From: Thermoplasmata archaeon
GTDB lineage: Archaea; Thermoplasmatota; Thermoplasmata; Lutacidiplasmatales; UBA184
Reading direction: 5' to 3'
NCBI GenBank assembly: GCA_035501555.1
Contig: DATJWA010000013.1
Coordinates: 60,276-124,275 of the forward strand
DNA: 64,000 nucleotides
Positions 1-9,236 of this stretch are shown one piece after another (position 1 is the first letter of the stretch; the number at the start of each line of letters is the position of its first letter). Both the position numbers and the translations under genes were made by a program. The notes under the pieces were generated by a model, which worked only from the letters and a program-made list of their open reading frames with translations, was not told the origin of the DNA and ran no database searches.

Positions 1-1
1 G

Positions 2-607
2 GCGATCAAGTCGATCCTGGACGAGCACGGGATCCTGTTCATCGATGACGAGGTCCAGTCGGGGGTCGGCCGCACCGGCGCCTGGTTCGCCATCGAGCAT
101 CACGGCGTCGTTCCCGACATCGTCACGATGGCCAAAGCGCTCGGTGGGGGCCTTCCCCTCGGAGCCGTCGCCATCCGCGCCGACCTCGACCTCGCCGCGG
201 GGGCGCACTCGAACACCTTCGGCGGCAACCTGGTCGCGGCGGCCGCGTCGCTCGCGACCCTGGGAGTGATCGAGAAGGAGAAGCTCCTCGCCAACGCGCG
301 AACCCAGGGGGCCTACCTCAAGTCCCGCCTCACCGAACTGCAGTCCCGCTCCGACGAGATCGGGGACGTGCGCGGGATCGGGCTCATGGTCGCCACCGAG
401 TTCGTGAAGGACCGGCAGAGCAAGGAGCCGGCCGTCCGGTTCCGGGACCGGGTCGTCGAGGAGTCGTACCGCCGCGGCCTCATCCTCCTGGGGTGCGGGA
501 AGTCCTCGATCCGGTACATCCCGCCGCTCATCGTGCGCCGCGAACAGATCGACGAGGCCGTCGAGATCGTCGACGCGGCGATCCGGGCGGCCCGCGCGGC
601 GGCATGA
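2..607 (+). CDS. Class III (acetylornithine/GABA-type) PLP aminotransferase, 5' truncated by the window edge
   Basis: Frame 2 reads continuously from base 2 and carries class-III aminotransferase C-terminal motifs (FIDDEVQSGVGRTG, TMAKALGGGLP, GNLVAAAA). Stop TGA at 605-607. Confidence 0.8.
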   Translation, partial: AIKSILDEHGILFIDDEVQSGVGRTGAWFAIEHHGVVPDIVTMAKALGGGLPLGAVAIRADLDLAAGAHSNTFGGNLVAAAASLATLGVIEKEKLLANARTQGAYLKSRLTELQSRSDEIGDVRGIGLMVATEFVKDRQSKEPAVRFRDRVVEESYRRGLILLGCGKSSIRYIPPLIVRREQIDEAVEIVDAAIRAARAAA

Positions 608-1644
608 AGTTCGGTCACCTGGCCGGTCCGGGGCGCCTCGAGCTCGTCGACCGCCCCGAGCCGGTCGCCGGCCCGGGCGAGGTCGTGGTCGCGATGGCGG
701 CCTGCGGGGTCTGCGGGACCGACCTCGAGAAGCTGCGCGGGAACTACCAGACGGCCGGCGTGATCGGCCACGAGCCGGTCGGTCGCGTCCTCCAGGTCGG
801 CTCGGGGCTCCCCGCCCTCGCGGTCGGGGACCGCGTCTTCGTGCATCACCACGTGCCGTGCTACCAGTGCGAGGTGTGCGCCCGCGGCGACCTCACCTTC
901 TGCCCGTCGTACTCGAAGACCAACATCGACCCGGGCGGGTTCTCCGACGCGTTCCGAGTCCCCTCGGAGAACGTCTCGCGCGGAGCGGTGCTCGCCCTCG
1001 ACCCCTCGGTGGACTGGGGCACCGGCGCCCTCCTCGAACCCGCGGGATGCGCCCTCACCGCGCTCCACCGCGTCGGCCTCCCGACCGGGGCCACGGTCTT
1101 CGTCCTGGGACTCGGCCCCGTGGGGCTGCTGTACGCGCGACTCGCCCGGTCGCTGGGCGCCTCCTGGGTCGGGGGGACCGAGGTCGCTCCGCTTCGGCGG
1201 GCGGCGGCCGAGCGCGGCGGGATCGACGTCACGGTCGACCCGCGGGAGGAGGGCGCGGCGAAGCGGGCGGTCGACCGAGCCACGCACGGGCAGGGGGTCG
1301 ACCTCGCCGTGGTCGCGACCGGCCATCCCGCCGTCGTCCGGGAGGCGACCCGGCTCGTCCGTCGGGGCGGGACCGTGAACCTGTTCGGGCTTCCGGAGGC
1401 GGGCAGCCGGCTGGATGCCGACCTGCAGGATCTCTACCTGCGCGGGGTGCGCCTCCTCCCCTCGTACGCCACGACCGAGCCCGACATCGCCGAGGTGCAC
1501 CGGCGCGTGGTCGCCGGGGAGCTCCGGGTGGGCGACCTGGTCACCCACCGACTGCCGCTTTCCGAGATTTCCGAGGCGTTCCGGCTCGCGGGCCGGCCGG
1601 ACGAGGCCGTGAAGGTCGTTGTGACCGGACCCGCGGCGGCCTAG
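604..1644 (+). CDS. Zn-dependent alcohol dehydrogenase (MDR superfamily; threonine/sorbitol-DH-like)
   Basis: ATG overlaps the upstream stop (ATGA). GHEPVG catalytic Zn motif, a CxxC-containing structural-Zn region, and a GLGPVG Rossmann motif. Confidence 0.8.
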   Translation: MKFGHLAGPGRLELVDRPEPVAGPGEVVVAMAACGVCGTDLEKLRGNYQTAGVIGHEPVGRVLQVGSGLPALAVGDRVFVHHHVPCYQCEVCARGDLTFCPSYSKTNIDPGGFSDAFRVPSENVSRGAVLALDPSVDWGTGALLEPAGCALTALHRVGLPTGATVFVLGLGPVGLLYARLARSLGASWVGGTEVAPLRRAAAERGGIDVTVDPREEGAAKRAVDRATHGQGVDLAVVATGHPAVVREATRLVRRGGTVNLFGLPEAGSRLDADLQDLYLRGVRLLPSYATTEPDIAEVHRRVVAGELRVGDLVTHRLPLSEISEAFRLAGRPDEAVKVVVTGPAAA

Positions 1645-2615
1645 ACCTCGCCGGCCTCGCCGACCGTCTGGCCGACGACCCGGTGGTTGGGGCGTACGCG
1701 CGCCCGCGGGCCGAGGATGCTGCTCCCGACGAAGGCGTCGCGCTCGACATGCGCCCCGTCCATCACGATCGAGTTCTCGACGTGCGCGCCGGCCTCGACG
1801 ATCGCCCCCGGTCCGAGCGTGACGTAGCGACCGAACGACGCCCCCGAGGCGACCGCGCCCGAGCCGACCGCCACGGGCCCGGTCCCGAGGGCGCCGTGCG
1901 GTAGGACCCCTTTGCCTCCTCGACCGTCGTCGAACAGCAGTCGCTGGGCGCGGAGCAGGCGCTCGGGCGTGCCGGCGTCCTCCCAGTAGCGGGCGAGGCG
2001 GAACCCGTAGACCCCCCGGTCCAGGAGGCCCGGGACGACCTCGCGCTCGAAACTAACGGCTCGGCCCCCGGGGATCGCGTCGAGGGCGGCCCGGGCCCAC
2101 ACCCCCAGCCCGGCGTTGATCCAGTGGGAGGGGGCCTCCGCCGGCTCCGGCTTCTCGACGAAGGCCGTGATCCGGTCCTCCGGTCCGAGCGCGGCGACGC
2201 CGTACGGCCGGGTGTCCTCGACCTCGGCGAGCGCCATCGTCCCGACGCCTCCGTGCTCGAGGTGGCGGGCGCGGAGCACCGTGAGGTCGACCGCCGCGAT
2301 GACGTCCGAGTTGAGCAGGAAGAACGGGTCGCTCATCTCCCCCCCGGCGTTCTTCATCCCGCCCCCGGTCCCCAGCGGCTCGGCCTCGGCGACCGTGCGC
2401 ACGGGCCATCGCGGCGGGTGGGTCCGCACGTACTCGGCGATCACGTCGGCCTTGTAGCCCGTCGCGAGGACGACCTCTTCGAGGTCGGGCGGGAGCAGGT
2501 CGAGCACGTGGTAGAGCATTGGCTTGCCCGCGACCGGGATCAGTTGCTTCGGGACGGTGTGGGTCAGCGGCCGAAGGCGGGTCCCGAACCCCCCGATGAG
2601 CACGAGCGCCTTCAT
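1641..2615 (-). CDS. Sugar-phosphate nucleotidyltransferase with C-terminal left-handed beta-helix (G1P thymidylyl/ M1P guanylyl-transferase-like)
   Basis: N-terminus MKALVLIGGFGTRLRPLT(x)PK is the NTP-transferase signature. C-terminal hexapeptide repeats. Start set at the ATG of MKALVL (CAT at 2613-2615); the longer ORF upstream is GC-driven. Confidence 0.75.
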   Translation of the reverse strand: MKALVLIGGFGTRLRPLTHTVPKQLIPVAGKPMLYHVLDLLPPDLEEVVLATGYKADVIAEYVRTHPPRWPVRTVAEAEPLGTGGGMKNAGGEMSDPFFLLNSDVIAAVDLTVLRARHLEHGGVGTMALAEVEDTRPYGVAALGPEDRITAFVEKPEPAEAPSHWINAGLGVWARAALDAIPGGRAVSFEREVVPGLLDRGVYGFRLARYWEDAGTPERLLRAQRLLFDDGRGGKGVLPHGALGTGPVAVGSGAVASGASFGRYVTLGPGAIVEAGAHVENSIVMDGAHVERDAFVGSSILGPRARVRPNHRVVGQTVGEAGEV

Positions 2616-2659
2616 CGGGGCGGGGATGTGCTCGCCCTCCTTATCCCTCGCGCATCGGT

Positions 2660-3862
2660 CTAGATCAGCGACGGGGTCCCGCCCCGTTCCACGGCCCGCG
2701 AGTACTCTCGCTCGACCGCGTGCTTGAGCAGGGCGGCTGGACTCCCCCAGATCGTGACCCGGCTGACGGCGCCGGCGGCCTGCCCGAGCCCGAGGGCGAC
2801 GACGACCCCTCGCTCCCGGTAGACGAACGGGGCGAGGGGCTCTCCCCGCATCCGGGCGACGAGGTTTCGGGCCGCGACCCGGGCCTCCGCGAGGGCAGCC
2901 TGGGCCGTCCCGGGCACGAGCATTCCCGAGGCGGGGTCCTTGAACTCGATCACGTCGCCGACCGCCACCACCCCGGGGTAACCGGGGACTTCCAGCGAGG
3001 GCTCCACCGCGATCCGTCCCCCCTTCCCGTGGGGGACGGGCAGCGAGCGGACCGCCGCGGGAGCCTCGAGGCCGGCGCACCAGACGGCCACATCGCAGGC
3101 GAGCACGCTGCCGTCCTCGAGGAAGACCCGGCCCGGCTCGATACGGGTCACGTTGAACCCGCGGACCATCGTGACCCCGGCCTTCCGGAGGATCCGACGC
3201 GCGTGCGCGATGAGGCGGGGGGGAAACCCCGAGAGGAACGGGAGGGATCCGGTCAGCAGGAGGACATCGGGGGGACGCGCGCCGGGGCCCGCGATCCGGC
3301 TCCAGTCGGTCGTCGCGACCTCCGCGGCCAGCTCGGTGCCGGTCGAGCCCCCACCGACGATGACCACCCTCGGCCGTCGCTCACCGGGGAGCGCGGCGGA
3401 GGCCCGCTCCATCTCTCGAAGTGCCCCCGCCAGCTTCTGTGCTCCCGAGAGCCGGTAGACCTGGAAGGCGTGCTCGAGCGCGCCCGGGACCCCGTAATAG
3501 GCCGCGACGTTCCCGAGGCATATCGCGAGCGAACCGTACGACACCTCGCCACTGTCCAGTCTCACCCGTCGGGATGGGAGGTCGATGGATTCGACGGTCC
3601 CCTGCTGGAACTCGATCCCCCGGCGCTCGAGCACGGCCAGCAGCGGGACGACCCAGGGGCTCACGTCCGTGCCGGCCTGCGCGATCCGGCCGATCTCGTA
3701 AAGTTCGGTCCGCAGGACATGTACCGGGTGCCGGTCGACGACCACGATCCGGACCTTGCCGCGCGACCGTCGGGAGACCTCCTGCGCGAGCGTGAGTCCC
3801 GCGTAGCCGGCCCCCAGGACGACGAGGGGGGAGTCGCGGGAGGGTGGAGCCGGCCCCGACAT
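2660..3862 (-). CDS. Type II NADH dehydrogenase / FAD-dependent pyridine nucleotide-disulfide oxidoreductase
   Basis: VVLGAGYAG FAD-binding fold and a second VVIVGGGSTGTE NAD-binding Rossmann motif, about 400 aa. Start at MSGPAPP (CAT 3860-3862). Confidence 0.75.
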   Translation of the reverse strand: MSGPAPPSRDSPLVVLGAGYAGLTLAQEVSRRSRGKVRIVVVDRHPVHVLRTELYEIGRIAQAGTDVSPWVVPLLAVLERRGIEFQQGTVESIDLPSRRVRLDSGEVSYGSLAICLGNVAAYYGVPGALEHAFQVYRLSGAQKLAGALREMERASAALPGERRPRVVIVGGGSTGTELAAEVATTDWSRIAGPGARPPDVLLLTGSLPFLSGFPPRLIAHARRILRKAGVTMVRGFNVTRIEPGRVFLEDGSVLACDVAVWCAGLEAPAAVRSLPVPHGKGGRIAVEPSLEVPGYPGVVAVGDVIEFKDPASGMLVPGTAQAALAEARVAARNLVARMRGEPLAPFVYRERGVVVALGLGQAAGAVSRVTIWGSPAALLKHAVEREYSRAVERGGTPSLI

Positions 3863-3965
3863 GGCCGGGCAGGGTAGCCCCCGAGAAGAGGGTTGCGCGC
3901 CTCCGGGCGCTCCTCCCGGAGGGTGGCCCGAGCAATACATGACGCCCGGCGTGCTGTAAGGGTCG

Positions 3966-5534
3966 ATGGAGCTCCCCGGCAGCCATCGAGAAGAGGTCGC
4001 CCAAGGCCGTCGGCTCGGAGTGCCGCGCCTCGAGGAGAGGGTCGAGGTGACCGTGCTCCTCCGGCGCCGGTCGGACGTCGCGCCGTTCCCCTCGGTCGTC
4101 GAGGCCGGCCGGCAGCTGCCTGCGGGCCGCAGATACCTGACGCGCGAGCAGTTCGCGGCCACCCACGGCGCGCACCCGAAGGACCGGGAGCAGGTCCGTT
4201 CCTTCGCGGTCGCGGCAGGCCTCGAGGTGACGGTCGATGTTCCTGCGACGCGCTCCGTCCACCTGGCCGGGCCCGTCTCCTCAATGGAGCGCGCCTTCGG
4301 CGTTCGGCTCGCGCGCTGGACCTACCCCGGCGGGTCGTATCGTGGCCGGACCGGACCCATCTACCTGCCCCTCGAGCTCGACGGGATCGTGCTCGGCGTC
4401 TTCGGCCTCGACAATCGGCCGCAGTGCCGCCCGCACTTCCGGCGCCACCTCGCAACTCAGCCGACCGACGTGGCGTACTCCCCGCCCGCGGTCGCGGAAG
4501 CGTACGACTACCCGAGCGGGACGGACGGGTCCGGCCAGACGCTCGGCCTCCTCGAGCTCGGGGGCGGTTACTCCTCCGCCGACCTCACGAGCTACTTCGC
4601 GACCCTCGGGACGCCGGTGCCGACGGTCGTTCCGGTTTCGGTGGACGGCGCGACCAACGCCCCGACCGGAGACCCGAACGGCCCCGACGGGGAGGTCGCC
4701 CTCGACGTCGAGGTCGCCGGCGCGGTCGCCCCGGGAGCCCGGATCGCGGTCTACTTCGCGCCGAACACCGACCAGGGATTCCTGGACGGGCTGAGCGCGG
4801 CGGTGCACGACACGACCTACCGGCCCTCCGTGGTCTCGGTGAGCTGGGGCGGCCCCGAACCGTCGTGGACCGCCCAGGCGCGGGACGCCCTCAACTCGGT
4901 GTGCGAGGACGCGGCCACGATGGGAGTGACCGTGACCGTCGCGTCCGGTGACGCGGGCGCGAGCGACGGTGCGCCCGCCGGAACCCTCGAGGTCGACTTC
5001 CCGGCCTCGAGCCCGTACGTGCTGGGCTGCGGAGGAACTCGGCTCCTCCTCTCCGGCGGGACGATCTCCCAGGAGACGACGTGGAACGAGCTCGCGATCG
5101 GGGAAGGCGCCACCGGCGGGGGCGTGAGCCAGGTGTTCCCGCTTCCGACCTACCAGGACGGGGCCCGGGTCCCCGTCTCTCCCTCGGGCTCCGCAGGCCG
5201 GGGAGTGCCGGACGTCGCGGGCGACGCGGACCCCACCACCGGTTATTCGGTCCGGGTCGACGGGCAGAACACGGTCATCGCAGGGACCAGTGCTGTGGCG
5301 CCCCTCTGGGCGGCCCTCGTGGCGCGCCTTAACCAGGCGCTGGGAACTCCCGTTGGATTCGCCAATCCGCTCTTCTACGGAGGTTTACCCGCCTCGACCT
5401 TCCACGAGATCACCACCGGGAACAACGACGGGTACTCCGCTGGTCCCGGCTGGAATCCGTGCACGGGGCTTGGGAGCCCCGACGGCGCACGGCTGCTGTC
5501 GGCGTTGCGCGGCGCTTCCAGCGCCGGCCACTAA
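3966..5534 (+). CDS. Sedolisin-family (S53, pro-kumamolisin-like) serine-carboxyl peptidase
   Basis: Pro-kumamolisin activation-domain-like N-terminal half. Catalytic domain has a SGTSAVAP Ser motif and conserved Asp/Glu region (GLLELGGG, VSWGG). No obvious signal peptide. Confidence 0.75.
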   Translation: MELPGSHREEVAQGRRLGVPRLEERVEVTVLLRRRSDVAPFPSVVEAGRQLPAGRRYLTREQFAATHGAHPKDREQVRSFAVAAGLEVTVDVPATRSVHLAGPVSSMERAFGVRLARWTYPGGSYRGRTGPIYLPLELDGIVLGVFGLDNRPQCRPHFRRHLATQPTDVAYSPPAVAEAYDYPSGTDGSGQTLGLLELGGGYSSADLTSYFATLGTPVPTVVPVSVDGATNAPTGDPNGPDGEVALDVEVAGAVAPGARIAVYFAPNTDQGFLDGLSAAVHDTTYRPSVVSVSWGGPEPSWTAQARDALNSVCEDAATMGVTVTVASGDAGASDGAPAGTLEVDFPASSPYVLGCGGTRLLLSGGTISQETTWNELAIGEGATGGGVSQVFPLPTYQDGARVPVSPSGSAGRGVPDVAGDADPTTGYSVRVDGQNTVIAGTSAVAPLWAALVARLNQALGTPVGFANPLFYGGLPASTFHEITTGNNDGYSAGPGWNPCTGLGSPDGARLLSALRGASSAGH

Positions 5535-5542
5535 GCGACGGG

Positions 5543-6211
5543 TTACGGAGCGACCCCGAATCCGTCCAGGAAGCTCCACCACGCAGCGAGCGAGAGGTCG
5601 ACCCCGCGCAGCGCATCCCGGGGAGCGGTCCCCCCGGCCCGGAGCTCACGCGCCAGGACCGCGCGCTCGGCCGCCGAGTGAGCGACATCCGCCGTAGTGT
5701 GAACCCGGAAGAACTCGTGCGCCGCTCGCGCGCGGATCCCGTAGTTCGCCCGGAGTCCCCTCGACTTCTCCGCCGCAACCTCAGGGAACTGGCGCTCGTA
5801 GGCGTACAGGGCACCGAGGGCGCCGGCGGGGCTCCCCCGGGGACCGAGGGTGAGGCGCTCGTAGGTCGACATCAACTGCCGGGTCGGAGGAGTGGGGGCC
5901 GGAGGGCTCCCGGCGTTCCAGCGAGCCCCGATCCCGCGCGCGAAGTCGACCCACAGCTCCGGATGGGTCGGGGAGCGTCCCTCCTCGTCCATCAGGTTCT
6001 CGAGGAGGACCCTGCGGTCACGGGAAGCGAGGAGCTTGGCGTACGCCCCCGCCACGTACCGGGGGAAGTTCGCCTCGAAGTGGTAGTACTGCCCCGCGTA
6101 CTCGCGCAGGGTCTCGATCGGCAACTCGCCCCGGGACCACGCCGTGTAGAACGGGTGCTGGAGCAGGTGGCGACGGGCGATGCGGCGTTCGATCTCGGCG
6201 AGGGTCGTCAT
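5543..6211 (-). CDS. TenA/PqqC/CADD-like heme-oxygenase-fold protein
   Basis: HPFY..W..G.L, EYAGQYYHFEANFPRYV and ALYAYERQFPEVA motifs typical of the TenA_C/PqqC family. Confidence 0.55.
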   Translation of the reverse strand: MTTLAEIERRIARRHLLQHPFYTAWSRGELPIETLREYAGQYYHFEANFPRYVAGAYAKLLASRDRRVLLENLMDEEGRSPTHPELWVDFARGIGARWNAGSPPAPTPPTRQLMSTYERLTLGPRGSPAGALGALYAYERQFPEVAAEKSRGLRANYGIRARAAHEFFRVHTTADVAHSAAERAVLARELRAGGTAPRDALRGVDLSLAAWWSFLDGFGVAP

Positions 6212-6275
6212 CGGTCGAGGGAGAGGAGGAGGGGTTTATCGAGCCTTCGGGTGCCGGGGAGGCCTCGGGGCGGGG

Positions 6276-6593
6276 TCAGTGGGACGACTCGGCCGGGCCG
6301 AATACGACGAGGACGACGAGTTCCTCCTCGATGGAGTGGAACCGGTGAGGCTCCCCGGGCCCGACGAACAGCAGTTCCCCCGGACCGACCTCTCGGTCCT
6401 GGTCCCCGTGGCGGAACCGGGCCTTCCCCCGCACGACGTGGTAGACCTCGGGCTCGCGGTGCGGGACCTGGGGGTCGGTCCGGCCCGGCCCCAGCACGTA
6501 GACCCCGGCGGAGAGCGTCGGTACCCGCAGGAACTCCCGGTAGAGCTCGCCCTTCTTTCGCAGCTCCTTGACCAGCGCGTCGATCGAGGTCAT
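6276..6593 (-). CDS. Cupin-domain protein
   Basis: Small (105 aa) two-motif cupin: HxExEVYHVV..G ... G.GE.HRF. Confidence 0.55.
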   Translation of the reverse strand: MTSIDALVKELRKKGELYREFLRVPTLSAGVYVLGPGRTDPQVPHREPEVYHVVRGKARFRHGDQDREVGPGELLFVGPGEPHRFHSIEEELVVLVVFGPAESSH

Positions 6594-6614
6594 CGACTTC
6601 CCTCCGCGAGGACC

Positions 6615-7289
6615 TTACCCCGTCAGCCGGCGGTCCAGCGACGGCTCCCGGGCCCGTCGGAGGAGCTGGAGAGCCGCGAGGAACCCCCAGATCAGGATCG
6701 GGGCCACGATGAGTCGCTCGATCAGGCCCGGCCCCCAGGTCGTGTTGCTCGCCTGCGTCGGGACGTAGTACCCCAGCGAGACGAGGGTCACCAGCCCGAG
6801 GACCACCGACGGCCCGCGGAGCCACTGCCACCCGGACCGTGCGTGCATCCCTCCTCCGAGGACCACGAGAGCGACGCCGCCGGGCGCGAACACGAGGAGA
6901 GAGACCGTGTCGTGGACGCTCGGGTTCACGTTCTCCGGGAAGAGACCCACCATGATCGCCGCTAGGCTGGCGATCAGGACGAGGGCCAACCCGACCGGCC
7001 GGCTGGCGCCCGACGGGAACGCTTCCCAGGAGAGGAGGACCCCCACGAACGCCAGAAGGCCGAGCAAAATGATCGAGACGTTGAAGACCTCGTGCCACGG
7101 GGACGTGGCCGTGTTCCCTAGGTCGCTGATGTAGTTCGAGAAGTCCGAGTAGCCGGGGTACTTCGCCTGGACGACCGCCATCGCGACCGTGAACTGGACC
7201 ACCCCCGCCGCGATCAGGGCCGCACCGAGCGGGACGCTGCGCGGTACCGCGTGAGGGACGGGCGCGGTCATGGGCCTCGGCGGAGACAC
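6615..7289 (-). CDS. Polytopic membrane protein (DUF998-like)
   Basis: Five to six hydrophobic helices, no enzymatic motif. Start uncertain (alternative ATG at MTAPVPH). Confidence 0.45.
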   Translation of the reverse strand: MSPPRPMTAPVPHAVPRSVPLGAALIAAGVVQFTVAMAVVQAKYPGYSDFSNYISDLGNTATSPWHEVFNVSIILLGLLAFVGVLLSWEAFPSGASRPVGLALVLIASLAAIMVGLFPENVNPSVHDTVSLLVFAPGGVALVVLGGGMHARSGWQWLRGPSVVLGLVTLVSLGYYVPTQASNTTWGPGLIERLIVAPILIWGFLAALQLLRRAREPSLDRRLTG

Positions 7290-7393
7290 GCCCCGCTCGG
7301 CATGGTCTTTTCGGCTGGCCGTCGGCGGCGGTGATCCCCTTGCCTCGGGGCTCGCCTCAAGCTAGATGAGGGGCCGGGCGCTCGCCGCCAACC

Positions 7394-8359
7394 ATGAAGC
7401 TCCTGACATACGACGACCTCGGACCGGAAATGGAGGTCGACCGGGCGCTCCTGAACATCGCTGCGTTCGGTGGGACGTTCCCGCGGCGTTCGATCGAGGT
7501 CTGGCGGACCCGGTCGACGATGCTGGCCGACTATGTCGGGCTCTTCGCGAGCGAGGGGGGGCGGCTCGTGGGCCAGGTCTACGTCCTGCGGATCCCGTAC
7601 ACCTTTCGCGACGGGACCGCCACCATCAGCGGGCTCGCCGGGGTTTCGACCCGGCCCGACCGAGGGCGCGGGGGGGTCGCCCGGGCCTTGCTGTCGGAGG
7701 TCCACCGCCGCGAGCGTGCGGCCGGGATCCGCTTCATCACGCTGTGGACCAACCGCTCGTGGGGCGCCCACGCGCTCTACGAACACCTCGGCTACCGCGA
7801 CGTCTACTCTTCCCCCTGGGCCATCCACGGGGGAGTCCACGCTCGTGGCCCGAGGCCGACTGCCCTGCGGGTTCGGCCCGCGCGACCCTCCGACCTCCCC
7901 GAGGTCGAGGCGCTCCACGCGCGGGAGGCGAAGGGGCGGCTCGGGTTCTGCCGGGAGCCGAAAGGCTACCTTCGGACAGCCGTGCTCGCCCGAGAGCTCC
8001 ATCCGGAAAAGGAGCTCCTCGTGGTACGGCGGGGGAAGGAGATGGCGGGGTATGCCCATCTCGACCGGAACCCGTACCGAACCCTCTGTGGGGAGCTCGT
8101 CGCGAGCACCTTGCGGTCGCGCCGGGCGCTGATCGCCGAGGTCGCACGGTTCGCGAAGGGAACCCCCTACGGTTTCCAGCACACTCCGGTCACGGACGCT
8201 CCGCAGCTGTTCCGGTCACCGGCCTACTCCACCTCTGCCCGAGCGTGGTGGGGGTTCATGGCCGCCGAGCTCGGGCACCGGTGGACCACGGAGGAGGCGG
8301 TCCACATGTTCGCGACCGACGACCCGCGCTTCCTCTGCCTCGCGGGGGACCGGTTCTAG
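7394..8359 (+). CDS. GNAT-family N-acetyltransferase (two-domain, Eis-like)
   Basis: Acetyl-CoA binding motif RGRGVARALL and a second GNAT-like half, 321 aa. Confidence 0.65.
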   Translation: MKLLTYDDLGPEMEVDRALLNIAAFGGTFPRRSIEVWRTRSTMLADYVGLFASEGGRLVGQVYVLRIPYTFRDGTATISGLAGVSTRPDRGRGGVARALLSEVHRRERAAGIRFITLWTNRSWGAHALYEHLGYRDVYSSPWAIHGGVHARGPRPTALRVRPARPSDLPEVEALHAREAKGRLGFCREPKGYLRTAVLARELHPEKELLVVRRGKEMAGYAHLDRNPYRTLCGELVASTLRSRRALIAEVARFAKGTPYGFQHTPVTDAPQLFRSPAYSTSARAWWGFMAAELGHRWTTEEAVHMFATDDPRFLCLAGDRF

Positions 8360-8393
8360 TTTGGGCGGGGAGACTCCCGCGAGCCCAGAGGAT

Positions 8394-9236
8394 ATGGAGG
8401 GGATCCGCTCTCCCCTCCCCGCGGTCATGGAGCAGGACATCCGGATCCCGGTAGCTCAGCGCGAAATCGATGCCTATCTGGTGGTCCCGGAGGGTCCCCC
8501 CCTCCGCCGTCCCGCGGTAGTGGTGATCCATGAGATCTTCGGACCGGACGCTCACATCCGCGACGTGACACGACGTGTGGCGGCCCAGGGGTACGTGGCG
8601 GTCGCGCCCAACCTCTTCTCGGGTCCGTTACAGGAAGTCCTGACGCCCCCCAACGTGATGGTGGCCATGCGAGCGCTCGCCGACGCCCCGCCGGGACTTC
8701 GAGGGGACCCGTCGAAGATGGCCGAGTTCGCGGCCAGCCGGCCGCCGGAGCAGCGGCCCGTGCTCAACGCACTGGCCGAGGTCTCGAACCCGGCGACGCA
8801 GGCCGGATTCGCCGAGGACCTCGCGCGGGTCACTGGCCAGCTGCGGGCCCACCCGTCCGTGGACCCCGACCGGATCGCCTCGGTCGGGTTCTGCTTCGGC
8901 GGGGCGATGTCCGGCCGGCTCGCGACCGTGGACCCCCGGTTGCGTGCGGCGGTGATCTTCTACGGACAGAACCCTCCGCTCGAGTTGGTCCCGAAGATCC
9001 GAGCCCAGGTGCTCGGGCTCTACGGGGGCGAGGACCCCGGGATCACATCGAAGGTGGCCGAATTCGCCGCGGCCATGAAGGCCGCCGGCGGGTCGTTCGA
9101 GTCCCACGTGTACGCGGGCGCCCGCCACGCGTTCTTCAACGACACCCGCCCGAGCAACTACCACCGCGAGAGCGCCGAGGATGCGTGGCCTCGGGTCCTC
9201 GGTTTCCTTCGCACCGAGTTCGCCCGTCCGGCGTGA
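8394..9236 (+). CDS. Dienelactone hydrolase family alpha/beta hydrolase
   Basis: VVVIHEIFG ... GFCFGG nucleophile elbow ... HAFFND, the classic DLH layout. The ORF track starts at a TTG; the first ATG (MEGIRS) is used here. Confidence 0.7.
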   Translation: MEGIRSPLPAVMEQDIRIPVAQREIDAYLVVPEGPPLRRPAVVVIHEIFGPDAHIRDVTRRVAAQGYVAVAPNLFSGPLQEVLTPPNVMVAMRALADAPPGLRGDPSKMAEFAASRPPEQRPVLNALAEVSNPATQAGFAEDLARVTGQLRAHPSVDPDRIASVGFCFGGAMSGRLATVDPRLRAAVIFYGQNPPLELVPKIRAQVLGLYGGEDPGITSKVAEFAAAMKAAGGSFESHVYAGARHAFFNDTRPSNYHRESAEDAWPRVLGFLRTEFARPA

